From Clostridia bacterium (GTDB lineage Bacteria; Bacillota; Clostridia; Christensenellales; UBA1242): a stretch of 64,000 nt of DNA. Every line of letters starts with the position of its first letter. The first letter of the stretch is position 1. Of this stretch, positions 46,459-55,105 are shown one piece after another. The stretch covers positions 96,855 through 160,854 of the forward strand of contig JAQVWL010000001.1 of the NCBI GenBank assembly GCA_028709705.1, given 5' to 3'. The notes under the pieces were generated by a model. It did not search any database. It saw only the letters and a list, made by a program, of their open reading frames with translations, and had not been told where the DNA came from. A program made the translations under genes and the position numbers.

Positions 46459-47370
46459 ATGTCAGTAATTTCAATGAAACAACTTCTAGAAGCGGGGGTG
46501 CATTTTGGTCACCAGTCAAAAAAATGGAACCCAAAAATGAAACAATACATCTTCACCGCTAGGAACAATATTCATATAATAAACTTGGAAGAAACTTCCA
46601 AAAAAATTGATGAAGCTTACAATTTTGTTAGAGAAATCAGTGCCGGAAACAAATCTGTTTTGTTTGTTGGAACAAAAAAACAAGCACAAGAAGCGGTAAA
46701 AGAAGAAGCACAAAGATGCGGTATGTTTTATGTAAACACTCGTTGGCTTGGCGGAACTTTAACCAATTTTAAAACCATTAAACTAAGAATTGAAAGACTT
46801 AACAAACTCAACCAAATGGAAAAAGTTGGCGAGTTTGATTTGCTTCCAAAAAAAGAAGTTATTGGTCTTAAAGCAGAAAGAGATAAATTAGAAAAAAATC
46901 TTGGCGGAATTAAAGAAATGCGAGAAATCCCTGCACTTGTTTTTATTGTTGACCCAACAAGAGAACACATTTGCATAAGAGAAGCAAAAAATTTGGGAAT
47001 TCCTGTTGTTGCAATAGTAGACACAAACAGCGACCCATCATTTGTTGATTATGTTATCCCTGCAAACGATGATGCAATTCGTTCAGTAAAATTGATAACA
47101 AGCGCAATTGCCGATGCCATTATTGAAACAAAAGAAGGCGTTTCAGCAAAACCAGTTGTTGAAGAAGACGAAGTCGTTGATATCAAAACTGCTTTGGTTC
47201 AAGCAGTTCCAACAATGGAACTTGCCGAATCTGTTGAAGAAGATACAAAAAAATTTAAAAGCAGAAAACCAAAATTTAAACCAACAACAAAAAAAGAAAA
47301 AGAACAAAAAACTGAAACAGAAGTAAAACCACAAACAACTGAAAAAACAACAACCAAGGAGGAAAAATAA
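46459..47370 (+). CDS. rpsB: 30S ribosomal protein S2 (with K/E/T-rich C-terminal extension)
   Basis: [27 protein letters not shown]; AAAGGAGG RBS. The last 60 aa or so form a low-complexity lysine-rich tail. Confidence 0.95.
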   Translation: MSVISMKQLLEAGVHFGHQSKKWNPKMKQYIFTARNNIHIINLEETSKKIDEAYNFVREISAGNKSVLFVGTKKQAQEAVKEEAQRCGMFYVNTRWLGGTLTNFKTIKLRIERLNKLNQMEKVGEFDLLPKKEVIGLKAERDKLEKNLGGIKEMREIPALVFIVDPTREHICIREAKNLGIPVVAIVDTNSDPSFVDYVIPANDDAIRSVKLITSAIADAIIETKEGVSAKPVVEEDEVVDIKTALVQAVPTMELAESVEEDTKKFKSRKPKFKPTTKKEKEQKTETEVKPQTTEKTTTKEEK

Positions 47371-47371
47371 T

Positions 47372-48022
47372 ATGTTTACACCACAAGATGTTGCAAAACT
47401 TCGTGCTATGACAGGTGCGGGTATGATGGATTGCAAAAAAGCATTGACAGAATCTAATGGCGATATGGAAAAAGCAACTATTTGGCTTCGTGAAAAAGGT
47501 ATGTCAGCCGCTGCAAAAAAGGCAGACAGAATTGCCGCCGAAGGTCTTGTTCTTTCATACATTCATATGGGGGGCAAAATTGGCGTGCTTGTCGAAGTTA
47601 ACTGCGAAACTGATTTTGTTGCCAAAAGTGCACAATTTAACCAACTTGTAAAAGATATTGCAATGCAAATTGCAGCATCAAAACCACTTTTTGTTAATAT
47701 TGAAGATGTTGAACCCACCGCTTTGGAAGCTGAAAAAGAAATTTTAAGAAACCAAGCAATCAACGAAGGAAAACCAGCAAATATCATTGAAAGAATGGTA
47801 GAGGGTCGAGTAAAAAAATATTATCAAGATGTTTGTTTAACTGAACAACTTTTTGTAAAAGACACCAGCAAAACCATAAAACAAATTGTAAATGAAGCGA
47901 TTTTAACAATAGGCGAAAAAATTGCAATTCGTAGATTTGTTCGTTTTGAAATGGGTGAAGGCATTGAAAAAAGGTGCGATAATCTTGCAGAAGAAGTTGC
48001 CAAACAAATCGCAGGAAAATAA
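47372..48022 (+). CDS. tsf: elongation factor Ts (short form)
   Basis: [19 protein letters not shown] (UBA-like N-terminus) and [23 protein letters not shown]. Sits 1 nt after rpsB. Confidence 0.95.
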   Translation: MFTPQDVAKLRAMTGAGMMDCKKALTESNGDMEKATIWLREKGMSAAAKKADRIAAEGLVLSYIHMGGKIGVLVEVNCETDFVAKSAQFNQLVKDIAMQIAASKPLFVNIEDVEPTALEAEKEILRNQAINEGKPANIIERMVEGRVKKYYQDVCLTEQLFVKDTSKTIKQIVNEAILTIGEKIAIRRFVRFEMGEGIEKRCDNLAEEVAKQIAGK

Positions 48023-48108
48023 AAAACTCTTGCTATGCTTCGTTTTTGTCAAAATTTTTCGGCAGGGCAGTACCAAGAAGTACAGCCCCTACCCAAAAAT
48101 TTTGCCGA

Positions 48109-48131
48109 GCCTTGCCTGGCAAGTTTTTTTA
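48109..48131 (+). terminator. weak terminator after tsf
   Basis: CTTGC-ctg-GCAAG followed by T7. A second hairpin, GGGCAGTAC-caagaa-GTACAGCCC (48065-48088), lies upstream. Confidence 0.45.
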
Positions 48132-48144
48132 TTTCCCTGTATCA

Positions 48145-48364
48145 AGTAGCAAAGGTCAATGGGGACGGTAGTAACTGACACGTAGCGGAGGTCAACGGGG
48201 ACGTTAGCAACTGACACGGAGCAAAGCGGAGGGTAAGTTGGCTACGTCCCCTTGACCTGTTTTCTGTAATACCGCGTTTACGTGTCAAGGGGACGTAGCC
48301 AACATGACTCTAGGGCTTCGCCCTTCGCGTCAGTTGCTAGCGTCCCCGTTCACCCTTGCTACCT
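48145..48364. repeat. composite nested-palindromic repeat element, copy C
   Basis: F units at 48154-48182 and 48190-48218 (36-bp period). R' at 48232-48257, a 26-bp centre, F' at 48284-48303 and R at 48326-48354. The terminal ~38 bp, AGTAGCAAAGGTCAATGGGGACG..., is inverted at the right end (...CGTCCCCGTTCACCCTTGCTACCT). Confidence 0.9.
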
Positions 48365-48414
48365 ATTGACCACTTTCAAAAACAAGCCCTTGTGGTTTGT
48401 TTTTAGTACAACAA

Positions 48415-48456
48415 ACAAAAAACTTCCGTTTAAAATTTTTAACGGAAGTTTTTTTA
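48415..48456. terminator. bidirectional terminator after the U32 peptidase gene
   Basis: A-run, CTTCCGTT (48423-30) pairing with AACGGAAG (48441-48), then a T-run. It abuts the minus-strand stop codon. Confidence 0.8.
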
Positions 48457-49650
48457 AATCTTTTTTCTTAAAATGTCGCCTTGTTTTATTGGCAAGTCGG
48501 TTTCCAAATACAAAATTGACTGCACTTGTTTTGCATCGGTGATTTGTTCGCCGTTCTCATTTTTTATTTCTTTAACCAAAATCTGCATATTAAAAAGGGC
48601 AGAAGGTGAAAGAATTTCAAGCGTGTCGCCAACTTTAAAGCGGTTTCTTTGTTCAATTTTTATGTAACCATCGTTGTAACCTTGAAGCACCAAAGCCATA
48701 AATTCGTGCGTTTGAACGGGCATTGATGTTTCCAAACATTCCTTGTCTTTCGCACCAAAATAAAATCCGGTTGTGTATTGCCTGTGGCTACATTTTTGCA
48801 ATTCTAATTTCAATTCATCAAGTTTATTTTTGTTGTTTAATGCTCTATAATAGGCATTAACAACATTGGCAACATAATATTCGCTTTTCATTCGGCCTTC
48901 AATTTTGAAAGAAGTAACGCCTGCATCTGCAAGTTCCCCCAAATGTTCAATCATACACAAATCTTTTGAATTTAAAATATATGTGCCTTTGTCGTTTTCT
49001 TGAATTTGATATTGCTGACCTTTTCGGCTTTTTTCAGTAATTGTATATTCCCAACGGCACGCTTGAACGCAAGCCCCGCGGTTGCTATCTCGACCTGCAA
49101 GATAGTTGGAAAGCAAACATCTGCCAGAATATGAAATGCACATTGCACCATGCACAAAACATTCCAAATCAATATTGTCAGGGATTTTTGCCCGAATTTG
49201 TTTGATTTCGGCAACAGAAAGTTCACGGGCAAGAATAATGCGTTTAACACCCATTTCTGCCAAAAAGTTTATGGCATAACTGTTCAAAACATTTGCTTGT
49301 GTGCTGATATGTATTTCCATTTTTGGAGCAACTTTTCTTATAACAGAAACAATACCCAAGTCTGCAACAATAACTGCATCAACCTTTGTTTTTTGAAGGT
49401 ATTTAATATATTCTTCCAAGCCATCAAAATCATTTTCGTGTGCCAAAATGTTAATTGTAATATAAACTTTTTTGCGTAGTTTGTGTGCGTATTCCACTGC
49501 GGTTTTGATTTCATCATCATCAAAGTTGCCCGCAAAAGCACGCAACCCAAATTTTTTGCCCGCAAAATAAACCGCATCTGCTCCAAATTGGAATGCGGTT
49601 ACCATTTTTGTGTATGTACCAGCGGGTGCTAATAGTTCTATTTTTTTCAT
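48454..49650 (-). CDS. peptidase U32 family protein (YrrO/TrhP-like)
   Basis: ELLAPAG N-terminus and the U32 signature ECFVHGAMCISYSGRCLLS. 398 aa. Confidence 0.85.
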   Translation of the reverse strand: MKKIELLAPAGTYTKMVTAFQFGADAVYFAGKKFGLRAFAGNFDDDEIKTAVEYAHKLRKKVYITINILAHENDFDGLEEYIKYLQKTKVDAVIVADLGIVSVIRKVAPKMEIHISTQANVLNSYAINFLAEMGVKRIILARELSVAEIKQIRAKIPDNIDLECFVHGAMCISYSGRCLLSNYLAGRDSNRGACVQACRWEYTITEKSRKGQQYQIQENDKGTYILNSKDLCMIEHLGELADAGVTSFKIEGRMKSEYYVANVVNAYYRALNNKNKLDELKLELQKCSHRQYTTGFYFGAKDKECLETSMPVQTHEFMALVLQGYNDGYIKIEQRNRFKVGDTLEILSPSALFNMQILVKEIKNENGEQITDAKQVQSILYLETDLPIKQGDILRKKI

Positions 49651-49662
49651 AATACTTCCTTT

Positions 49663-50397
49663 TTAATCAAAATTAAATGATTTCATAATTTCTGACAAAT
49701 CTTCCTTGGGATTGATTGCTTCTTTCAAATCAAAACCGCTTTCATTGGGAACAGGGAAGATGTCATCATTTCTTTTTTTGGCAAGTCTTTCTGCATAAAC
49801 ATTGTCAATTTTGCTAGTGCTTTCCAAAAATTTATCTGCAATAGTTTCAAAACTTTCATCTTTTTTTAACTCTATTGTTGAAATTGGTTTTATCAAACTA
49901 GGCTTGTCGTAATACACATCATTTTTTGTATCTTTTCGCTTCAAACTAACTTGTTTGATAGTTTCATCTGGTTTTGTTTTTGAATAATTACTCATTTTGT
50001 TAAGCAAAAGTCTAATTGTATCATTTTCTGTTTTGACAGGTGAGTTTATATTTTTTGAAATATCCAACCCAAAACTTGCTTCAACAGTTTTGGAAAATTC
50101 TTCAAATATTTTTCTTATGTCATTAAACTCTGCCAACTGTGGATAAAGTTTAAACAAATTTGAAAAACTTTTTTCCAAATTGTTATACAAAACTACAATT
50201 TTTTGAGTTTTTAGTTTAAATAAATTTGTTGCACTTGATTCAATTTGCTTTGCTTTTTCCAGTGCAGATGCCAAACCCAAATTCAGTTTGTCTTTTTCTT
50301 CATTAGAATGTTTTAAATTTTTTATTTCAAGTAATAAAGAAGCAATTTTCTTGTCAACTTCTGCTTTTTTATAACCATCTTTTTCCATTAAAAACAT
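49663..50397 (-). CDS. DivIVA-domain-like coiled-coil protein (tentative)
   Basis: N-terminal KDGYKKAEVDKKI matches the GY..EVD pattern of DivIVA domains. The rest is predicted coiled coil or low complexity. Confidence 0.35.
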   Translation of the reverse strand: MFLMEKDGYKKAEVDKKIASLLLEIKNLKHSNEEKDKLNLGLASALEKAKQIESSATNLFKLKTQKIVVLYNNLEKSFSNLFKLYPQLAEFNDIRKIFEEFSKTVEASFGLDISKNINSPVKTENDTIRLLLNKMSNYSKTKPDETIKQVSLKRKDTKNDVYYDKPSLIKPISTIELKKDESFETIADKFLESTSKIDNVYAERLAKKRNDDIFPVPNESGFDLKEAINPKEDLSEIMKSFNFD

Positions 50398-50501
50398 ATA
50401 CTCTCCTGCTTAAAAATATAAATTAAGTCAAAATATCAAAAAGCAAATTTGTTATTACTATACAACCAAACAAAACAAAATTCAAGCAAAATAATAAAAA
50501 T

Positions 50502-51296
50502 TTAGCGATTTTTTCGCTCTTGTAAATAAGTTTTTATTTTTGGAATTAAATAAATCAAAACAATACCGATAACGCCTGCCAAGAAAATCAGTGCCGATAA
50601 AGCCTGCGAAACTTTTATGCCTGTGTCAAACAAATAAAGACTTTCGCCCCTAAAAATTTCTATAAAAAATCTGCCAAAACCGTACATTATCATATAAGAA
50701 AAAGTTGCGATACCAACAGATTTTGATTTGTTGAATATCCAAAGTAAAAATGGAAAGCAAAGAAAGCACCAAAAACTTTCATAAAACATTGTTGACAAAT
50801 GCCAAACACCGTTTATTTGCTCGCTGATAGGGAACCATTGCAAAGCGGGGTCGACAGTTTCAATGCCATAACAGCACCCCGCAAAATAGCAACCGATGCG
50901 ACCTATTGCTTGTCCAATAATCAGTGAAGGTGCGGCGATATCCGCAAGTGCCAAAAAACTTTTTTTGTGGATAATTGAATACAACAATATTGCGATTGTT
51001 CCACCGATTACACCGCCAAGAATTGCCAAACCGCCGTTCCAAATTTCAAAAATCTGCCAAAAGGAATAATTGTACCCTGAAAATATGACAAAATATAATC
51101 TTGCACCGATTATTGAAAAAGGAATTACGTACAGTGCAAGTGTAAAAATGTCATCTTTGGAAAAATTTCTTTTCTTTGCTATTCTTGATGCCACAAAAAT
51201 TGCAAAAGTTATTGCCAAAGCAATAATAATGCCATAAAAACTTATTTGAATTCCAAAAATTTGAAAACCATTTTCAATATGAGTGTGTAATAACAT
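50502..51296 (-). CDS. lgt: prolipoprotein diacylglyceryl transferase
   Basis: Polytopic, 264 aa, with GARLYFV, WNGGLAILGGVIGG and GRIGCYFAGCCYG motifs. Confidence 0.85.
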   Translation of the reverse strand: MLLHTHIENGFQIFGIQISFYGIIIALAITFAIFVASRIAKKRNFSKDDIFTLALYVIPFSIIGARLYFVIFSGYNYSFWQIFEIWNGGLAILGGVIGGTIAILLYSIIHKKSFLALADIAAPSLIIGQAIGRIGCYFAGCCYGIETVDPALQWFPISEQINGVWHLSTMFYESFWCFLCFPFLLWIFNKSKSVGIATFSYMIMYGFGRFFIEIFRGESLYLFDTGIKVSQALSALIFLAGVIGIVLIYLIPKIKTYLQERKNR

Positions 51297-51390
51297 AAAA
51301 ACCTCAAAATCATTATCATTTTACTACATTTTTTTTGTATGTCAAATCATTTTCTATTAATAAATCTTTTAAAAATGAATAAAATACAAT

Positions 51391-51951
51391 ATGTTTAAAA
51401 ATTTGACAAAAAAGTCTTTTATTTTTATTGCAACGGGGTTGATTGTGTTTCTTTTAATAATGATTGCAGTACTTTTTTATTTTTTTAAACCATACCCAAT
51501 AAAATTTAAAAACGAAATAATGTATGCAAGTGAAAAATACGATATCCAACCCGCACTAATTGCAAGTATTATAAATGCAGAAAGCAAGTTTAACTCTAAT
51601 TGCACTTCAAGCAAAGGTGCGGTCGGGCTTATGCAAATTATGCCCACAACTGCAAGTTGGCTTGCAAGTTTAATGAGCATAAGTTTTTCAAAAATCCAAC
51701 TTTATGACCCGTTTTACAATGTAAATATGGGCAGTTTTTATCTGTCATATTTATTCAAAAAATTCAACGATATCAACACAGTTTTGGCATCATACAATGC
51801 GGGAGAAGGTAACGTTAGGCTATGGCTTTTAAACAGCAAATATTCAACCAATGGCGAAGTTTTGACAACAACACCATTCAGTCAAACAAATTCTTATATA
51901 GAAAAAGTAAACGATGGGCTTGTTTATTATTATGAAATATTCCAAAACTAA
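51391..51951 (+). CDS. lytic transglycosylase (SLT domain) with N-terminal membrane anchor
   Basis: AESKFN catalytic Glu motif, GAVGLMQIMPTTA and SYNAGEGNV. Confidence 0.8.
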   Translation: MFKNLTKKSFIFIATGLIVFLLIMIAVLFYFFKPYPIKFKNEIMYASEKYDIQPALIASIINAESKFNSNCTSSKGAVGLMQIMPTTASWLASLMSISFSKIQLYDPFYNVNMGSFYLSYLFKKFNDINTVLASYNAGEGNVRLWLLNSKYSTNGEVLTTTPFSQTNSYIEKVNDGLVYYYEIFQN

Positions 51952-51965
51952 CCTGTTATTTGTAA

Positions 51966-51994
51966 TTGACTTTGTTTTTGTTGTGTGTTAAATT
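51966..51994 (+). promoter_or_regulatory. extended -10 promoter of lysS
   Basis: TTGACT (51966-71), 17-nt spacer, TGtTAAATT (-10 at 51989-94). Confidence 0.5.
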
Positions 51995-52016
51995 GTTAGC
52001 ATAACAAAGGGGAATT

Positions 52017-53486
52017 ATGGAAAACAAAACACAAGATTTATCCAATGAAGTGGATATACGACATCAAAAAATAAACGAACTTAAAGCAAGTGGCGAAATT
52101 GTTTTTAAAGAAAAGTTTGACAGAACGCACAAAATAAGCCAAGCAAAATCTTTGGATATTGGCACAAAAGTAAAAATTGCGGGCAGAATTATTTTTAGAA
52201 GAATAATGGGCAAGTTTGGTTTTTGTAAAATACAAGATATTGAAGGTGCAATTCAAATAAGTGTTGGAATAAACGAACTTCAAGAAACTGAATACAATTT
52301 TTATAAAAAAATGATTGATATTGGTGATTTTATTGGCGTTGAAGGGGAACTTTATACAACCCAAACAGGCGAACTTACGATAAAAGCATACAAAATTGTT
52401 TTGCTTTCAAAGGCATTAAGACCATTGCCAGAAAAGTTTCACGGCTTGACTGATATTGAAGCAAGATACCGCCAAAGATATTTGGATTTGATTAGCAATG
52501 AAAAAACAAGAGAAGTTATGCTTGGCAGAAGTAAACTAACTTATTTTATTAGAAATTATTTAACAAACAATGGGTTTTTGGAAGTTGAAACTCCTATTCT
52601 TCAAAGTGCTGTTTGTGGTGCAAGTGCAAAACCTTTTTACACAAAACACAATGCACTTGACAAAATTTGCAATTTAAGAATTGCACCAGAAACTTATCTA
52701 AAACAAGTAATTGCTGGTGGTTTTGACAGGGTTTTTGAACTTGGCAAAGATTTTAGAAATGAAGGAATGGACACACAACATTTGCAAGAGTTTACAATGC
52801 TTGAATGGTATGCTTCTTATTGGAATTTTGAAGATAACATAAAATTTTATAAAAAATTTTTGCAAGATATGCTAATTGAATTTAAAGGTACAACAAAAAT
52901 TGAATATCAAGGTCAAATTTTGGATTTTGACGGCGAATGGCAAAGAATTGACTATGTTGCAGAACTAAGAAAAATTTTGGGCTTCGACTTTTTGGAATAT
53001 GACAAGCGTGATGACTTGGTAAAAAAAGTTTTAGAAACAGGTTTGTTTACCCAAAAAGATTTTTATGGAATCAAAACAGTTGGCGGTATTATTGATTTTA
53101 TTTACAAACGAAAGATAAGAGTTAACATTGTTCAACCAACAATTTTGTTCAATTATCCAACTTGCCTTATTCCACTTGCTCGCAGAAACGACAAAGACAA
53201 CCGCATTATTGATGCGTTCCAAGTTATTGCAGTTGGAAATGAACTTTGCAAAGCATATTCAGAACTTGTTGACCCAATTGTGCAAAGAGAAGCACTTGAA
53301 GAACAAGCACAAGCAAAAATAGATGGCGATGATGAAGCAATGGAACTTGATGAAGATTTTATGCTTGCAATGGAACACGGTATGCCACCAATAAGTGGAT
53401 TAGGTTTTGGAATAGACCGACTTATGACAATACTTTTTGACCAACCAAGCGTCAGAGATGTTGTGTTATTCCCATTAATGAAATAA
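52017..53486 (+). CDS. lysS: lysine--tRNA ligase (class II)
   Basis: OB-fold N-terminal domain (KIAGRIIFRRIMGKFGFCKIQD), RYRQRYLDLI, FLEVETPIL, FRNEG and the C-terminal GLGFGIDRL. Confidence 0.95.
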   Translation: MENKTQDLSNEVDIRHQKINELKASGEIVFKEKFDRTHKISQAKSLDIGTKVKIAGRIIFRRIMGKFGFCKIQDIEGAIQISVGINELQETEYNFYKKMIDIGDFIGVEGELYTTQTGELTIKAYKIVLLSKALRPLPEKFHGLTDIEARYRQRYLDLISNEKTREVMLGRSKLTYFIRNYLTNNGFLEVETPILQSAVCGASAKPFYTKHNALDKICNLRIAPETYLKQVIAGGFDRVFELGKDFRNEGMDTQHLQEFTMLEWYASYWNFEDNIKFYKKFLQDMLIEFKGTTKIEYQGQILDFDGEWQRIDYVAELRKILGFDFLEYDKRDDLVKKVLETGLFTQKDFYGIKTVGGIIDFIYKRKIRVNIVQPTILFNYPTCLIPLARRNDKDNRIIDAFQVIAVGNELCKAYSELVDPIVQREALEEQAQAKIDGDDEAMELDEDFMLAMEHGMPPISGLGFGIDRLMTILFDQPSVRDVVLFPLMK

Positions 53487-53494
53487 AATTTTAT

Positions 53495-53529
53495 AATGTT
53501 AGGTGTTTTGCCTAACATTATTTTTTTTA
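53495..53529 (+). terminator. rho-independent terminator after lysS
   Basis: AATGTTAGG (53495-503) pairs with CCTAACATT (53511-19), followed by T9. Confidence 0.85.
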
Positions 53530-53587
53530 AAAAACAAAAATAACAAACCCCACCAAACACATAATATAATTTTTTTTAAAAAAACAC

Positions 53588-53616
53588 TTGATTTAGCATA
53601 TTTTATGTGGTATTAT
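53588..53616 (+). promoter_or_regulatory. extended -10 promoter of the nusA operon
   Basis: TTGATT (53588-93), 17-nt spacer, TGgTATTAT (-10 at 53611-16). Confidence 0.6.
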
Positions 53617-53628
53617 ATAAACATAAAG

Positions 53629-53651
53629 GAGTGGGCCGAGTAGGTCCACTC
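53629..53651 (+). promoter_or_regulatory. 5'-proximal leader hairpin of nusA mRNA
   Basis: GAGTGGGCC-gagta-GGTCCACTC (9 bp including one G-U), starting about 6 nt after the predicted start site. Followed by the interrupted U-tract TTATTCATA and then the AAGGAG RBS. Confidence 0.5.
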
Positions 53652-53677
53652 TTATTCATAGATAAGGAGTCGCAAAA

Positions 53678-54826
53678 ATGATAAACAAAGATTTTTTTCA
53701 AGCATTAGATGAATTGGAAACAGAGAAAAAAATTAACAAAGAACAATTTATAGAAACATTGGAAGTTGCCTTGGCATCTGCTTATAAAAAAATGTATGGC
53801 GAAGCAAAATCTGCAATGGTAAAACTTAACCCAGAAAAAAACACTATAAGAATTTATAGTTACAAAACCGTTGTGCAAGAAGTGGAAGACGAAGACAAAC
53901 AAATATCTTTGGAAGATGCAAGAGCAATCAAAAAAAGTTATGAGTTGGGGGACACAATTAGTCAAGAAGAGTCAACAAAAGACTTTGGCAGAATTGCCGC
54001 CCAAACTGCACAACAAGTTGTTATGCAAAAACTTAAAGAACTTGAAAGACAAATTGCAGTTAGTGAACTTGCCGAAAAAGAAGACGAACTTTTGACAACA
54101 ATTATCAAAAGAATTGACAATGGCACAGTTTATGTTAGCATTGCAGGTTCGCATACCGAAGGTATTATGCTTGAAAGCGACCAAATTCCCGGCGAAAAAT
54201 ATAACATTGGCGACAGATTGAAAGTATATGTCAAAAAAATCAAAGATAGTTTCACAGGTCCGCAAATTCAAGTTTCAAGAAGCAATATTGGTTTTGTAAG
54301 AAAACTTTTTGAATTGGAAATCCCCGAAGTTCAAAGCGGTGATGTAATCATAAAAAACATTTCTCGTGATGCGGGCAGTCGTTCCAAAGTTGCAGTTTAC
54401 ACTGAAAAACCAAATATTGATGCCTTGGGTACTTGTGTTGGATTTAGGGGTGCAAGAATAAATACAATAAGTGGCGAACTTAACGGCGAAAAAATTGATT
54501 TGGTCCAATATACTGACGACATTTTGGAATATATTGCAAAAGCATTAAGCCCAGCAAATATTTTAAGTGTTGAAACAAACGAAAGTTTAAAAGCATCAAG
54601 AGTTGTTGTTCCAGACGACCAACTTTCTTTGGCAATCGGCAGAGGCGGGCAAAATGTGCGTTTGGCATCAAGATTGACAGGTTGGAAAATAGACATAAAA
54701 TCAGAATCTGATGTTGCAAAAATTATGGGCAACCAAAACTTGCCAGAAACAGAATATGAAATCACGGAACTAAAAGATGAAACTGAACCAATAGACTTTT
54801 CAAATTTTGAAGATATCACAGAATAA
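53678..54826 (+). CDS. nusA: transcription termination/antitermination factor NusA
   Basis: N-terminal domain, S1 domain (GDRLKVYVKKI) and two KH domains (GARINTISGELNGEKIDLV; AIGRGGQNVRLASRLTGWKIDI). Confidence 0.95.
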   Translation: MINKDFFQALDELETEKKINKEQFIETLEVALASAYKKMYGEAKSAMVKLNPEKNTIRIYSYKTVVQEVEDEDKQISLEDARAIKKSYELGDTISQEESTKDFGRIAAQTAQQVVMQKLKELERQIAVSELAEKEDELLTTIIKRIDNGTVYVSIAGSHTEGIMLESDQIPGEKYNIGDRLKVYVKKIKDSFTGPQIQVSRSNIGFVRKLFELEIPEVQSGDVIIKNISRDAGSRSKVAVYTEKPNIDALGTCVGFRGARINTISGELNGEKIDLVQYTDDILEYIAKALSPANILSVETNESLKASRVVVPDDQLSLAIGRGGQNVRLASRLTGWKIDIKSESDVAKIMGNQNLPETEYEITELKDETEPIDFSNFEDITE

Positions 54827-54835
54827 AAGGTTATT

Positions 54836-55105
54836 ATGCAAAGCAAAAAAATTCCATTAAGAATGTGTCTTGTTTGCAGACAGCATTTACCCAAACAAGA
54901 CCTAATAAGAATTGTTAAAAACCAAGAAGGCAAAATTTTTTTGGATTTAACTTTCAAGGCAGATGGGCGAGGTGCTTATGTTTGCAAAAACCAAGAATGC
55001 GTTTCAAAACTAATAAAAAATAGAGGCTTGAATAGGGCTTTCAAATGTGAAGTTCCTAACGAGATATACAACCAAATAAAAGGAGAATTAGAAACTTTTG
55101 ACTAA
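54836..55105 (+). CDS. ylxR: YlxR/RnpM family RNA-binding protein (DUF448)
   Basis: PLRMCLVCRQHLPKQDLIRIV and GRGAYVC motifs. 89 aa, located between nusA and infB. Confidence 0.85.
   Translation: MQSKKIPLRMCLVCRQHLPKQDLIRIVKNQEGKIFLDLTFKADGRGAYVCKNQECVSKLIKNRGLNRAFKCEVPNEIYNQIKGELETFD

Noticed and set aside
51952-52016. T-box or other riboswitch upstream of lysS.
   Set aside because: Only 65 nt separate the upstream stop from the lysS start, and a promoter takes up most of that. There is no room for a T-box or L-box leader of about 200 nt.
54397-54957. 186-aa minus-strand ORF antisense to nusA/ylxR. Similar long antisense ORFs occur at 41347..41868, 47143..47562, 53153..53560, 30425..30883, 32721..33224 and 12539..12913.
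   Set aside because: All lie fully inside confidently identified genes on the other strand. They lack RBS and recognisable motifs and have skewed low-complexity composition.
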